From Takakia lepidozioides (lineage: Eukaryota; Plantae; Bryophyta), in NCBI GenBank assembly GCA_030704615.1, contig CM060732.1:4340001-4404000 (forward strand): DNA of 64,000 nt, written 5' to 3'. A model generated the notes under the pieces. The model was not told the DNA's origin, did not search any database, and saw only the letters and a list, made by a program, of their open reading frames with translations. The translations under genes and the position numbers were made by a program. Below, piece after piece: positions 34,230 through 47,000 of the stretch. Numbering within the stretch: the first letter of the stretch is position 1; each line of letters starts with the position of its first letter.

Positions 34230-37200
34230 TAGTTGATGCTACCCATGTGTTGTATCCCGCTGCAAAAGAGTATCGACCTCGTTGAACTCATAGTGGCCTG
34301 GTGAATGAAGTTGTCACGTTTGGGATCGCAAACCATCCTCTTCAAAAATATGAAATACAAATGTTTGCAGGGTATGAATTTACCTCTCTTGCCCAAACTG
34401 GTTGATAGCATATTCACAAAATTAGGACATGTGCAATTGGGGAAATTGGAAACCGTGATGTCGTAGGTCCTGTCATGAACAACAGATGTGGAAGTGATGA
34501 TTGTGAATACCCGACCATATCCTGGATCGGGTACTTCCGTGGTGCTTCCAACACGAGGTTGGAGCATTCTTGCGGACTCCACTTTGCCAAAGTGTTCAGC
34601 GGTTGGAGGGAAACGCCGAACGAGCTTTCCATCTCGTTTGGTTGGCCACAAGTCAGGATTTGCCAGGGGACCCGGGAGGACGCAGAAGTAGTAGCACATG
34701 CATGGAGTTGGGGTTGTCTCGCAAGGGAAAAACCTGCCTCCTCCAGCATTTCAATCTCCTGAAAGCTGAGATGTGTTCCCACCTTCACGGGCCAAACGGT
34801 TGGAGGAGATGGCTTCATCACTACGGAAGGACGCATAGTTCCATGCACACATCTGGCACAATCATCTGCGCAGAACCAGAACTTGTGGTTCTTGGCTTCT
34901 GGTTGACCGTATGGACGCATCAAGCCCGTGAAAGTCGGAGCAGGAGTTCGGGCACCACCTCTGGATATAGATGAAGTGCACTTCTCGAAATTAGTTGCCC
35001 TGATCGCTGTACATTTCACACGAGACCCTACACTTGTGCGTTCTATGTGCCAAACGTGGTCGGGGCATGCGGACTCAAGCACATCAAGGGGGTTGTTTCT
35101 CTCATGCACCATTTCAGTGGCACTGTTTGATGCTGGAGCTTGCCGTCGTGTTGGAGGTTCCTCCACAATGGAGGTTCCGGACATGGAGCTGTCATGCAGG
35201 GGAACACGAGGCTTCGAGAAGTTATCACGGTCTGCCCTGTGGGAATCTGAATCCGAACCAGGTGGAGTGTTCAATTTCCTCTTACAGGAGCCGAATCTCT
35301 TCTCCCCTTCAAGATGTGGAACTCTAGAAACAAGTGGCGTTCCCTGGGCATACATGCTCACCGCCCGTGCTATCTTGATTAGATCCCCAGATTTGTTTGC
35401 AGCACGCAACATCAACTCCCATTTGTCCGGACCCTTGTCACCAACCCCACCTCGTAAGAAATCACGGTATCGGGTTTGTTGTTGCAAGGCACGTATCAAA
35501 TCATCTGTTGTTGCCACATACAAATCCCGACCTCGTTTCCCAGACTGCTGCAACCATGCGTTGTGCACAGTTTCTGCCAAATTGCAAGATGGCATGTCCG
35601 CCATTTCCTCAATGGACATGTTCTGCAAAGTGCAGAACCACACTTCAAAACAGTGAACAGAAAACAACATAAAGAAAGCGATGACACAATAAAATGGAAA
35701 GCAAATGTATGAAAAAGCAATAAATATAAACCTCATACCAATGGCATGGCTGCTCCCCACTGTCTATACCGGAAGTGCCAAAACGCCAGCCAATCTTCCA
35801 ATGCTCTCATACTCTCAAGTGATGCAGCTCCAGAAGAGAACCACCAGGCACGAATTGTCTGGAACAAAGTGTCCGCCTCCTTCATTGTTCTAGCATCTTT
35901 GTACTCTTTGCACAATTTATGGTGCCGAGTCTACATCTCTGGTTTGATGTCCGACTTTGTATGTTTTTCCAGAGATTGTGTCCAATGGAATAGACATGTA
36001 CGCTCTCTTCCTGGCATAGGCACTTTTGGGTCGCCCGATCCGAAGACAATACGAACAGCATTGAAATCTGCTTGAGCACTATCCGCCATGAAACCTGCGA
36101 AATTTGGAGATGGCAGCCCATGGCAGCCCATGACACGTATCAGGGAATTCCACATGAGCTTCTGGGATTCCGTATCCTCGGATTGCATGTCACAAACTGC
36201 AATTGTCATAACTCGTTGGTACACTGGATCATAGACATGACAAGCCATTGTCGTCCAATCCTTCACTCGTTTCACATGATCAAACATAAGAAAATAGTTG
36301 TGCAAGTCCCCAGTCTTCTGCATCCGCTTCATGAGGCTAACCCCACTGCCCTCCCCAACAGTCGACATTTTGAAAAGAAAAACTTTGATGGCACCTTGAC
36401 CTGGGAATACATTGTCCTGGATGTAATTGTACTTGCTCACTCGTTTCAGCCTCTGATCCCAGAGCCCATTCTCAATGCATTGATCTGATGCCGAATGTTA
36501 GGTGAACTTAAAGTGGAGAAATGATCCATGACCAGGTCCAATGCTGCACCGTCAAGTTTAGTCCCCACAGAATCCCCTTCACTCAAAATATGGCTTTCCA
36601 AGAAGGACTTGCTTGCGCCAAGAGCAATTGCAGATGTTGTTGCGGATGGGTTTCTCCCGAACTCCTGTTTAATCAACCTCGATACTGTCTCAACACTCTC
36701 CCTATAATCCCCCTTCGAGACAGGATGGTTATGGAATCCGAAATGCACATAAGCTCTTGTCATTGTTTTCAAACGGTGGACAACATAGTACATTCTTGCT
36801 CCGCAGAGCGCCAAGCAGGATGACACAAGTTTGCAGAATTTGCAGACGAAAGTCTTTGCCGGTGGAGGGGCAGTCCCAGGCTGAAATGGATTTTCCGCCA
36901 GACCCTCCCATTCGCTTTGATTATGAACCCCAGACTGAAGAAAGTGTCTGCAATTCAAATTATCACACCTAAGGTGTCCATTGCAAACTATCCTCCTGAA
37001 AACAAGCTTGTCATCATTCTGAATATTGGATGTTTTTGTTCTGCACCACGGGTGCCCGTCGTGTTTCTTATCCATTCCATGCATCATGATTGTTACACCT
37101 CCAACTCGCGGAGGAGGAGGCAGCTCGAATAGGATATCGCCATCAAAAGTCTCCGGCAAGAACTTCACAGGCACCTGCTTCAAAGATTCCCAATCAATTC

Positions 37201-38534
37201 CCCGCAACTCACTTTTGAATCCAGCCATTCCTCCCATCGCCCGCAATTTTGGAATGACACTACAAATCTCTTCTTCATCAGCTTCTCCAACAGTAGGAAG
37301 GACTGGATTTGGAATTTCACTTATGTCATCATCGGAAGAATCTGAAAGCTCAACGATTGGGGGGAATGTAGAGGAATTTGATGTTCCTCTCTACCACTGC
37401 ATTGGATACATGCCAAATCTCTCTTGAACGTTCAAAATATAGTAAATCCAGTGCTCTGACATATCTCGATGGACTCTCTCTCTCATTATACTGCTCCCTG
37501 GCAGTCTACTGCATGGATAGTGTGAGAGAAGGTGTCCAAAAGTGAAGTGCACAAAAATGGGAGTGACAAACTGATGGAACTTGTTCTTGACTCAAAAGGA
37601 TTCCAGCGTCGTAAATGAGGGATTATCAGCTTGGCTATGGCTGAGCAACGTAGAGTGCGGAGTGCACTTCCCTTGACGGTCTCTCTGCCTACCGAGACGG
37701 TACAGGCAGCGAGTGGGGGCGAGCCGGTGAGGACCACGGGGTGTAGACATCCATGGCACACGTGGGAGGTGCTCGAAGTTCAGAGGGAGTTGGCAGCCAA
37801 GGCAGCTGTGATGGATGAGGTTGGGGATTCTTCTCGGGATGAGGAGGTTCTCAATGATGAGATGATGGGGCAGGATGAGGCCTTGTCATTGACTGAGCAG
37901 GAAGGGAATACTGCTCAAGAGGTTGCAGCATAGCAACCACGGGACGCGTCCTCTACCTCTAAGCCCAATGGACTTAAGGTTGCAGTTACGGAGGACAATT
38001 GGGAGCCTGACATTGGACCCATTGTCACCGGAGGAGAGAGACGACGTATACGGCGGACGTCTGTTCTTTTTTCACCACCACCTCCCTCTTGTCTTCAACG
38101 ACCGAAGCAGCAGTCCCGGGCGTCACATATGACCCAAGGGACTTTCGCCGAGGCTCTCCAAGTACTCTGTATTGACCAGGACGCACTCTCCACTGGCTGA
38201 TATGAGCCGGCTCATCACGGTTTTGGAAAGAGTATTTCAACAACTTCCCTTTAAGATCGTACACCTCTTTCTCCAAAAAGATGGAGCCATTCTGCAGCTG
38301 AAAACGGGTAGCCAAGACATGTTCCAGAACAATTGCAAATCCATTGTCAAGGACTTCCTCGGAGAACGGCGCTGGTTTGTCGTCAGAGAAGAACTCCGCT
38401 TCAGAGGAAGCCATCTTCCTTCCTCGCGTACGTTTGTACCTTGCTATCGCAGATCTAGTGTAAATCGGTTTACTGATGTCTCCAGAACACAGTTGAAGAA
38501 TGAGCACAGAATATGGCGGAGGAAGCTCAGACAA
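34230..38534 (-). pseudogene. MULE-type transposase copy 2 (GCM-like, DDE, SWIM), near full length
   Basis: DKKHDGHPW...CNGHLRC...CKFC...GFHNHP, LMFDHV (D), FMADSAQA (D), TCLFHW (CxxH), CNLAETVH (E) and SWIM CTCPNF...CKHL. There is an intron at ~35624-35738. Lesions are a short deletion at ~36450, TAG at 35931 and an insert at 37362-38055. Confidence 0.9.
37362..38055 (+). other. Composite filler insertion containing a piece of the DNMT-Gypsy
   Basis: Absent from copy 3 (compare 60575-60600). 37621-38055 matches 10615-11030. Confidence 0.85.
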
Positions 38535-39270
38535 CGACTGTGCATATTATGTTATTCTTTCCAGATATGCAGCCGTCCATTTTAATTACTTTTCTTGTGG
38601 GCCCAGTGGTCAGAGTATCCCTAGGAGCAGTGTCGGCAGCTGTTAAACCGTTAACCAGAACCCCATCAATAAACCCAATAACAAAGCCGACTTCCTGGAA
38701 GCATGCCACAGGATCTGAGGATGGGATTGCAGATTAAGTAAATGTATCTTTATACTACTACCAATGATCATGCGCACCTGGAAAGTTCCAAATGTGAAAC
38801 GAATGTGGGGTTTGGCTAACAAGGATGACCGTGTATGATATTCCAAGATTTGTCATCAAACTCTCGTTCATTTACATTTATTTGTGTAAGACTGTGCGCC
38901 AAGATTTCTGAGATTCGCTGTTATTTTTAAATATTGAAACCGTTCTAATAAAGAACACGCCGTTTATTCTGGGCGACACACGTCAAACATCCATAACTGA
39001 ATACGAACAGCTGTACACCAATTGCTGGCATGTGCACTAATAAGGGAACGACTATGTGTAACGGTCACGCGAGAGGGAATCCGATGCTTCTAGAGACACG
39101 CAAGAACGCAGGCAATCCCGCAAGAAATCGGGAGTCACTGCGTTTTTCTACTTTTCGCGCTTAGAGAGAGAGTGGTAGTCAAGCTGGAGAGGGTTCCTTC
39201 TACAATACGAAAGAGAAGAAAGTCTCTTTATTTTACTTCCCTTAGAGAGAGACGCAGAGCAAGAGAGCAA

Positions 39271-40555
39271 ATGACGAGGCATCGTTTGTTGGAGAACACA
39301 GGGCCAAGGCAGCAAGTGAACGCGGAGACTGATTCAGAAGAGCAGACGGAGACTGAGGCAGCGGCTGTGACACAGTCGGCGATAAGAGTGCGCCAGCCTG
39401 TGGATGCAGAGATGATTCGCAGGGACACTGAAGGAGGTGGAAGCACGCGGAACGCCGAACCGGGAGAAGGTCCAGAAACCCTAGAGCAGACAGAAATTCC
39501 AGCAGATGTGAGAGGGAAGAGGAAAGCTGCAGAAGGGGATCCAATTTCAAAACCTAAGAAGGCGCCAGTAAGTTTTATCTAACTTACATTTCATTGTTGA
39601 AGATATGCGTAGAGATTGAGTGGAATGTCCCAGACAGGGATTGTCGCTACCGACCATCACAAAGGTGATTAGCTTTCTATTCCTCTGCTAAGGGTTTACC
39701 GCACAATGAGTGGGTGACTATCGGTACAGTCATTCACTGTTGTTCAGATCATACAGTCTGTCTGATTGCCTTTCAAGGAGTCCCTCCTCTTCCCTTCTTT
39801 AGCAGGAACTACTGAATTGCGAGCGTCGTTAACGCCATTCGATTCTCCTCATGAGATTTATGTACCTATGTGTTTGAAGAGAGAGTGAGGGTCGGCATAC
39901 CGTCAATCATCGTTGTTCAGATCATACAGTCTGTCTGATTGCCTTTCAAGCAATCCTTCCTCTTCCCATGCTGGCGACGGTAATCACAGTGGAGTCAATC
40001 TGAATAATCTGCACTTACTGTCCGCCCTAAACTATACTGAATGTCGTTGCCGCCAATCACTTACACATAGATGTCATTACACAACACCGATCCGGCAGGT
40101 CGTTATCTTTTGTGATTGTCGTTAACACCGTTCGCTATCGCTCTCGCTTTTGTTTTGAATACGGCAGTATCAGCTTTGCTTGTGTAGATTGTGTTGAATT
40201 GTTTCACACCATTCATAGTGAGTTTCTTTGAGACAGAGTGATGGTCGTTACCGCCATTCACTATTTGCAAATTACTCAGTCAGAACTGAATGGCATCGTG
40301 CAGAAAACTGTGAGGTCGAAGCCTACAGGATCAGAGGGGAAAGGATCTGGAGATGGGGACGAGTCCGGAAAAAGCTCAGAGAATACAGATGAAGCAGATG
40401 AATCTGAAGTGCACTACCTTGACAAGGTGAAAGAACTCATGTCATTCCAGAAGGTAAACTCTCAGGAGGTTATAAGGGACATGCTCGTATCTGGAGGGCG
40501 TCTGGACATCCCTCTGTGCCGGATGATATCAATGCCTGTTGTGCGTCCACCTCTT
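39271..40555 (+). pseudogene. ParB-like gene copy 2, 5' part only
   Basis: Acidic/basic N-terminal exon, then QKVNSQEVIRDMLVSGGRLDIPLCRMISMPVVRPPL, homologous to copies 1 and 3. It is cut at ~40555. Confidence 0.75.
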
Positions 40556-41800
40556 TGTGCATCTCTGGCTTGCCTGGCTTGTTGTAATGGTTTTTCACCT
40601 CCAGAAGAAACTGCGATCCGAATGATGGGTCGACAATTCTCAACTGCTTAACAAAAGCACTCATAATAGTCCTTCTTGTGGCGGTCATCTCTTTCTTGAT
40701 GTGACTCTCAACCCCCTTTGCTGTCCTTCTCTCCTCAGGGGTAGAGCTGTAGTATTCGAGTTTGCCACGCTCTTCCGCATCTGCAATGTCTTGCTGCAAG
40801 GGAATGCACGAGAGTTGAATCAACCCAAGGGCAAGGGAAACAAACAGAAACAAACATGTGGAAGCAGGAATATTGAAAGGCCAGATGGTGGAAGATGTAT
40901 CTCACCGCGTACATATACTCCGTGAAAGCCTCACGGGTCAACGAGTACCACGTTTCTGATGTCTTGGAGCTTTCACACTTCTTGTACGTCTCTGCTGAAA
41001 GGATGGTCTTGAAGTTGGTCAAGGGCATCTGCCCGATCCTTTGTATCCTGTACAGTGTGTGAACCAGACTCGTTTTGACATGCGATGTCTCCGTCCCTCT
41101 GTAGAATGATATGTGAAAGTCAGAATGAAAATGAAGAACCGTCAATAGAGGACTGGAACAAAAGAACCAGGGAACCACAACAGGAACATGTAGAATGAGA
41201 AACCAACCTATTCACATCATTCATTGCCGTCAGAAGACCCATCATGTTCCCGTCACAATCCAGCACCATAAATCGAACAGAGTAATGCCACTCTTCCTCC
41301 TGTGAGTGTAGCCTCCCAATGACAGCCATCCATGTAAGCAACCGGTGGTTGCCATCCCATACGTGAAACAGCTTCCTTGAGAATGCTTGGGTCGAAGGTT
41401 TCCTAGAGAGAAGAAGTTCGAAGGATTCGTTCACCTGTCTCCAAAATGGGATCCCAGGAGTCCACGATTGACTCATCCACAAGGAGCTCATTGCCTCTGG
41501 AATCCTTTGTAGAAACGTAAAAGACTGCGGATCCATCCAAATACCCATGAACAAACTCGGCCTCCAGCTTCAGGATGTCCTTGATGAGGGGTGGACGAAC
41601 GACGGGCATGGAAACCAACCTACATAGGGGAATCTTCAACCTCCCACCCGGGGCAAGCATACTTTGCACCACAAGCTGAGAGTTTACCTTCTGACCCCCC
41701 ATCATCTCAGCGGCTTTGCTTTCATAGAACTCATCGTCCACATCAGCAATGATCTCCTTCCCCTCCCCCGAAGGGTTTTCATCCGCCACCAATTGCATCT
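40555..41800 (-). pseudogene. ParB-like gene copy 3
   Basis: IPLCRLVSMPVVRPPLIKDILKLEAEFVHGY...FYVS, FHVWDGNHRLLTW and LLTAMNDVN, with the same phase-2 intron as copy 1. Later exons TETSHVKTSL...WYSLT and QQDIA...IVDPSFGSQFL align to copy 1. Confidence 0.85.
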
Positions 41801-41859
41801 TCTCCTACACGGTTGTTCATTCAAACTGATATAAGAGAGAGGCAAGAACAGATGGTGTT

Positions 41860-42490
41860 TTGAGCATGGTAGGTAGGCCCGATGTGGCCCAATTTCACAT
41901 GAGAAAACAAGCATTGTGCGGGCCAAAAACAGTGTGCGTTGCCGCACACTGCTTGAGCTTCCAAATAGGGGTGTTTTCAGCATGACATTAGGCCCTATGT
42001 GGCACATTTCCACATAGAAAGACATGCAGAGAGGGGGCCACACACTGTTCGTTCTTCCAACTATGGGTGTTTTGAGCAACCATACTGGCTGTGTTTCGCC
42101 CAATTTCACATTAAAAAAACAAGCAGAGATGGGGCCCAAATCATTTGAGTTTCCAATTAGGGGTGGTTTGAACATGGCATAGTGGCCCTATTCTGACGAT
42201 TTTTAAATCAAAAAATAGGCAGTGAAGGGGGCACAAACAGTGGCCCCTGTGTGCACGATTTCCAAATGAAAAAACAATGACAAGGGGGGCTCAAACAGTG
42301 TGCGTCAACGTACACTGTTTCAGCTGCCACATAAATGTGGATTGAACCTGACAAAGATGCCATTTCTGGCCGTTATGAAAAAGAAAAACAAGGCAAAAAA
42401 CAAGGCAAAATGGGGGCTCAAACAGTGTGCGTTGCCGCAATAGGGGTGGAATGAACATTACAGAGAGGCCCCTGTGTGCAAGATTTTCAC
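41860..42490. repeat. Degenerate tandem repeats between ParB-like copies 3 and 4
   Basis: Recurring GGGGGC(T/C)CAAACAGTGTGCGT..., TTCCAA(A/T)TAGGGGTG and ATTTCACATGA units. Confidence 0.65.
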
Positions 42491-42499
42491 ATGAACAAT

Positions 42500-43030
42500 A
42501 GTGTGTGAACCAAGCTTGTTGTCACATGCGATTTCTCTGTCGATCTGCAAAAACATTGGAAACATTGCATTCCTTAACACTGTTTTTTGAGGATTAATAA
42601 GACACTACAGAGGGAATGAAATCTCCTGGATGACTTACTTGTTCACGTCGTGCATAATTGTAAGAAGCCTAGCGATGTCGTTTCCAGGATCCAAAACCAT
42701 TGCCTCCACAGCAACATGCTTGTCTTTGTCTTTCGCATGGTGTTTCTGAATGTATCCCATCCATGCCAGCAATCGGTGGTTGCCGTCCTAGACGTAGAAC
42801 ATGTGGTTGCAGAATTGCTGGGTGTTCTTTCCCATCATGAGGCCCAGCTCGAACTCCTCATTGGCATCTTTCCAGCACTCATCCCAGTTATCACTGATCT
42901 CTGGAGACACTGATGTGCTTTTCCCATTTATATCATCAGTGACACATAAAAAACTTGTGCACCAAGTCTATATCCATGCACAAAATCACTCTCCAATTTT
43001 GTTATATCATAGATTGCGGCTTTTATGACT
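42500..43030 (-). pseudogene. ParB-like gene copy 4 (fragment)
   Basis: DITKLESDFVHGYRLGAQVFYVS, MFYV*DGNHRLLAWM and LLTIMHDVN, then the same phase-2 intron and STEKSHVTTSLVHTL. Confidence 0.8.
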
Positions 43031-44084
43031 CCCATGGGTGCGTAGTCATGGCAGATTTGTGGCAGAAATGCCATTTGCAGTCGTAAAATGCTTTTGAAGT
43101 CATAATGCAAGTCTGGGGAAGGCGTATATGCGACTGCATGGCTCCGGACTCTGCGCAACACAGGTCAAACATGTTTGACCACGAATATTGGCATGGTACA
43201 TATGACTACTAGTCACGGTCATGGCTACACTGGAATGACGTGTACATATTGCTAGACAGACATATGACTTCATGACTCTCATTCTAATGCATTCTGCCAG
43301 ATCATCACATAGATGAATCACTACATGACTGCACGTGTCAACACATGCTTTTCTGGTTATATATATAATATATGAGTATTTATATTTTGAAAAAACGGAG
43401 ACTCTGACCACTAGAATGAATTAAAAAAAACAAAAAAAAAAGTGCAAAAAAATTTAAAGAAAAACACATGATAGAGTAAGTGGCACAGTGTGTCGCCCTG
43501 GTGGTTTGGGATTCAAACCCGCTGCCCTTATCCTGTATGTGGGATTGTTCGTGACGGTATGTCTGGGCGTTGATCATCATGTAGGTCTTATGGCCCATAA
43601 ATGAAGGCGGGTGAAATTTTCCCCCTCCTCAAGGGCCCGTGGTTTCCTTTAAGAAAAGAAAAAAAAGAAAAAAAATCAAAAATGGGCTTTTAGGGTTTAT
43701 AAAAAGGTTTAAAATCTTAAAAAGTTGCCCATCACGGTAGGGTGAACAGACTTAGAGCAAGTGGGAGGGAGGGAGAGAGATGGCTGGGACTTAGAGTGAG
43801 CGAGCGGGAGTGAGGGCAAACATGCATGGGAGTCAGCTTCGTCTTAGCAGGCCGTGTTTCAATCTCTACCCGCTCAGCCCTGATTTTACAGCACGGAGCA
43901 GAGCTGGCATTAGTTTCTTAAAGATCCTTCACGATGGTGGGACAACCGCAATCGCAAGGTGTGGCTTTTCCTTGGTTGAACGCCGTCATGTCTGTCTTCA
44001 TAGCCTACTTTCTTTGCTGCACGACATCTTGTATGTCCCCTTAGATTTCCTTTCTAAGCTTCTCCTAGACAACAAACAATTCAC

Positions 44085-47000
44085 ATGCAAAGGGCTGGCT
44101 TGCGGCTGGCCACTTTCAACTTCTCAGGGCTTACTAACCAAAGGAAACAACTCGAAGTTGGACAAGTCCTTCGGACTAATGATATTCATATCTGTGCTGG
44201 GCAAGAAACATGGGAAACTTCGGATAAACTGGTTGGAGATGTCAATGGTTATAAATGGGCAGGTAGGATGTGTACTCTCAAGGCAGCCTCTGCCAAACGC
44301 GGTCATAAAGGGGTTGGATTCTTTGTTCGTGTTCTCTTGTTTGATAATTGTGAAATTATCAACAAGGGTTTGAGGTACGAACATAGTATCTGGCTAAAAC
44401 TGAATCTGAAGGGCGGCATGAGTACGAAGGACCTCTTTGTGGGTTGTGTTTACATGCCCACAGAGGGGACCCTTAGTGCTGACGCAGACAAAGCCTTCGA
44501 AGATGTAAAGCTGGACTATGCTTCGTTCCTTGCCAAAGGTTAGGTAGTGCTATTGGGTGACTTCAATGCCCGTGTGGGCAAAGGGCTCCATCAGGACGAT
44601 ATCATTGGGCCTTTTGGTGAGGACGAGCTGAATTCTAATGGCAGACGGTTAATTAACTGTCTGGAAGAGCTTCAGCTTTTGACCTTTAATAACAGGACAA
44701 GAGGTGACCAAGTGCAGTGGACTCGTGAGAAATCCCAAACTGGGGAACGTTCCATTGTGGACTATATCATAATGGACAAAAATTTGTTTCCCCAGTGTGC
44801 CAATGTGTTGATCGATAGAACTGATATTGGTACCTCTGACCACTTCCTGGTTTGGACTGAGATCAAAAGGTGTTTTCCCAACACCAACAGATCTGTGAAA
44901 CGTTCGATTCGGAAGTGGCGCATAGAAAAAATCCATAATGAGGAGGTCAAGGCTGAGTACGTCCAGGCCTTGCAAGAGGCTCTCCCTCATTTTGTCCAAT
45001 CGCTCCAAGAACTTCAGTCTCGCTCTGACAACGCAAGAAATGAAGTCGAAAGAGCAGTGGACTCTTGGGAGAGTTTCGTCTCCTCCGTGGCTGACAAGAT
45101 CATTGGGAGGAAACTAATTGTCTGTGGTAGAGCTGTTAATTGGTGGACCAATGAGATCAAACTCAAGATAGCTGAGAGACGAGCCCTCTATAAAGAGTGC
45201 TGCAATTTGAAAACCAACAGAGAATTGTGGGTGAGGTACTATCAGCTCCGGAAAGATATCAATCAGCTTGTTAGGTCTCAGAAGAAATTATACTGGGATA
45301 AGTTATACAGTGAAATAAACTCAAACCACCATGGTGGTAATGACAAGAAATTCTGGTTGGCCCTTCAACGTTTGTACAAGCCTAAAAACGGTCAGCAAGT
45401 ACAAGCGCTGAAGACTACTAAAGGTGCAGTGGTGACTTCATCGGTTGACATTGTCAAAACCTTTGAAAATCACTACAGTATCCTTGGCAGAACTTCTAAG
45501 TCTAACAGTGAGGGGTCTTCTGCTGAATGGAGGGACACAGTTGGAAAAATTGTTCCTATGATTCAAAACAGCCCTGATGAACTGGAGTATATTTCAATGG
45601 CTTATAACGCTCCCATTAGTTCTTCTGAGATTGTGGAAGCAATTGAACATTTAAATGGATATAAAGCTGGTGGACCTGATGGTATTGTCAACAAGCTTAT
45701 CAAGCACGGTGGCGATCCCATGATAGAGGCCCTAGTTCTCCTCTTTAACCTTATCTGGAAGACTGAAATGATCCCCTTTCGCTGGCGACAGGGGGTCATT
45801 GTCAGTCTATACAAGAAGGGTGACAGAGAAGAACCGGGGAACTACCGTGGCATCACGCTCCTCAATGTTGTTGGCAAGACATTCTGCAGAGTTATAAGTA
45901 CTCGTCTCGAGGTTGATCTGGAGTCTAGAGGTTGTTTCCACGAAGGCCAAGCTGGCTTTCGGCAAAACAAGGGCTGTGTGGATCATATCTTCACTCTAAG
46001 CCAGATTATTCAGGGAAGGAAAAAAGAAGGGAAACCCACTTATGTTTTTTTCCTGGATGTCAAAAAGGCTTATGACATAGTGTGGAGAGATGGCCTATGG
46101 TTCCGCCTCTGGTCTTGTGGGATCAAGGGAAAGATGTGGAGAGTTGTCCACAACTTGAATGCTTACACCAAAAGTTGTGTCACTGTTAACGGACAGAAGT
46201 CCAACTTCTTTGACATAGACCAAGGTGTAGCTCAAGGATGTACTCTCTCCCCTCTGCTCTTCAATGTTTTCATCAATCAACTCCTCGAGGATGTGGAAAG
46301 TGAAGGATTTGGGTTAAGGGTGGGTGATACCACCTTATGTTTGCAGATGACTTTGCAGGCATAGGGGAGACTCCAACCAATCTCCTTAGAGGCTGTAGTG
46401 TCTGAAGCCATGTCTGTTGCCATGAGATTGTCTGATGAAAATGAAGTTAGGCAGAGAACTTCCTTGAACTTGTTTCCAGTCAGTGACATGGGGGTGGACA
46501 TCTTGGATGACCTCAAGGGTCTACCCACTCTCGGCACTAGACTGAAATTTAAACTCAGGGCAGGAAGCCTACCTTTGAACAGCAAACAGAAGCAGAGAAG
46601 AAAGGGAGAGTGCAATTGTCCGTTGTGTGGGCAATCTGAAGACAATATTCATTTTCTGATACGCTGTCCGGGGTTCTCTCACCAAAGAGACGCTCTCTTC
46701 AATTCTATCAAGGGAATTGTGCCTGTACCCCTGTTTACCAACTTTGAAAGTCTCGAGGCTGAGCCAAAAGCCCAGGCCCTCCTGAGGCCTAGTTTTTGGG
46801 CAAATCACACACAGCAGATTGATGCTTGTGTGAAGGGTTTTCTAGAGGATATCTGGAAAACCCGGATTAATTCCTTATATGATGGTAAGTCTTACTACCA
46901 ACGTCAGCCCTTGACGGAGGTAGGTTCTGTTCCTTGTGTTCCTGCTCAAACTGGGCGCAGGGTCAATGGCCACAAGGCTACGGCAAACAACGTCTTATGA
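44085..47000 (+). mobile_element. APE-RT non-LTR retrotransposon (RTE/RTEX-like), internally deleted
   Basis: APE ATFN...QETW...LLGDFNARVG...SDH, with an in-frame TAG at 44541. RT KAGGPDG, NYRGITLL, QAGFR, LDVKKAYD, GVAQGCTLSP and a frameshifted FADD at ~46340. C-terminal CPLC...HFLIRC. Confidence 0.9.

Larger units (their letters stand above)
33610..40555 (-). mobile_element. MULE-like element copy 2: terminus, transposase (-) and divergent ParB-like gene (+), other end lost
   Basis: Homology with copy 3 starts sharply at GAACCCAACGACGCAATGGC (33610) vs GAGCTCAACGACGCAATGGC (56809), followed by CGTGAGC/GCTCACG and TGACGTGG repeats. Confidence 0.8.

Noticed and set aside
34928-35656. 242-aa plus-strand ORF and its counterpart at 58260-58916
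   Set aside because: These are antisense shadows of the transposase with no independent motifs.
43480-43640. Second SINE (B-box-like GGTTTGAATCCC on the minus strand)
   Set aside because: No properly spaced A box or TSD found.
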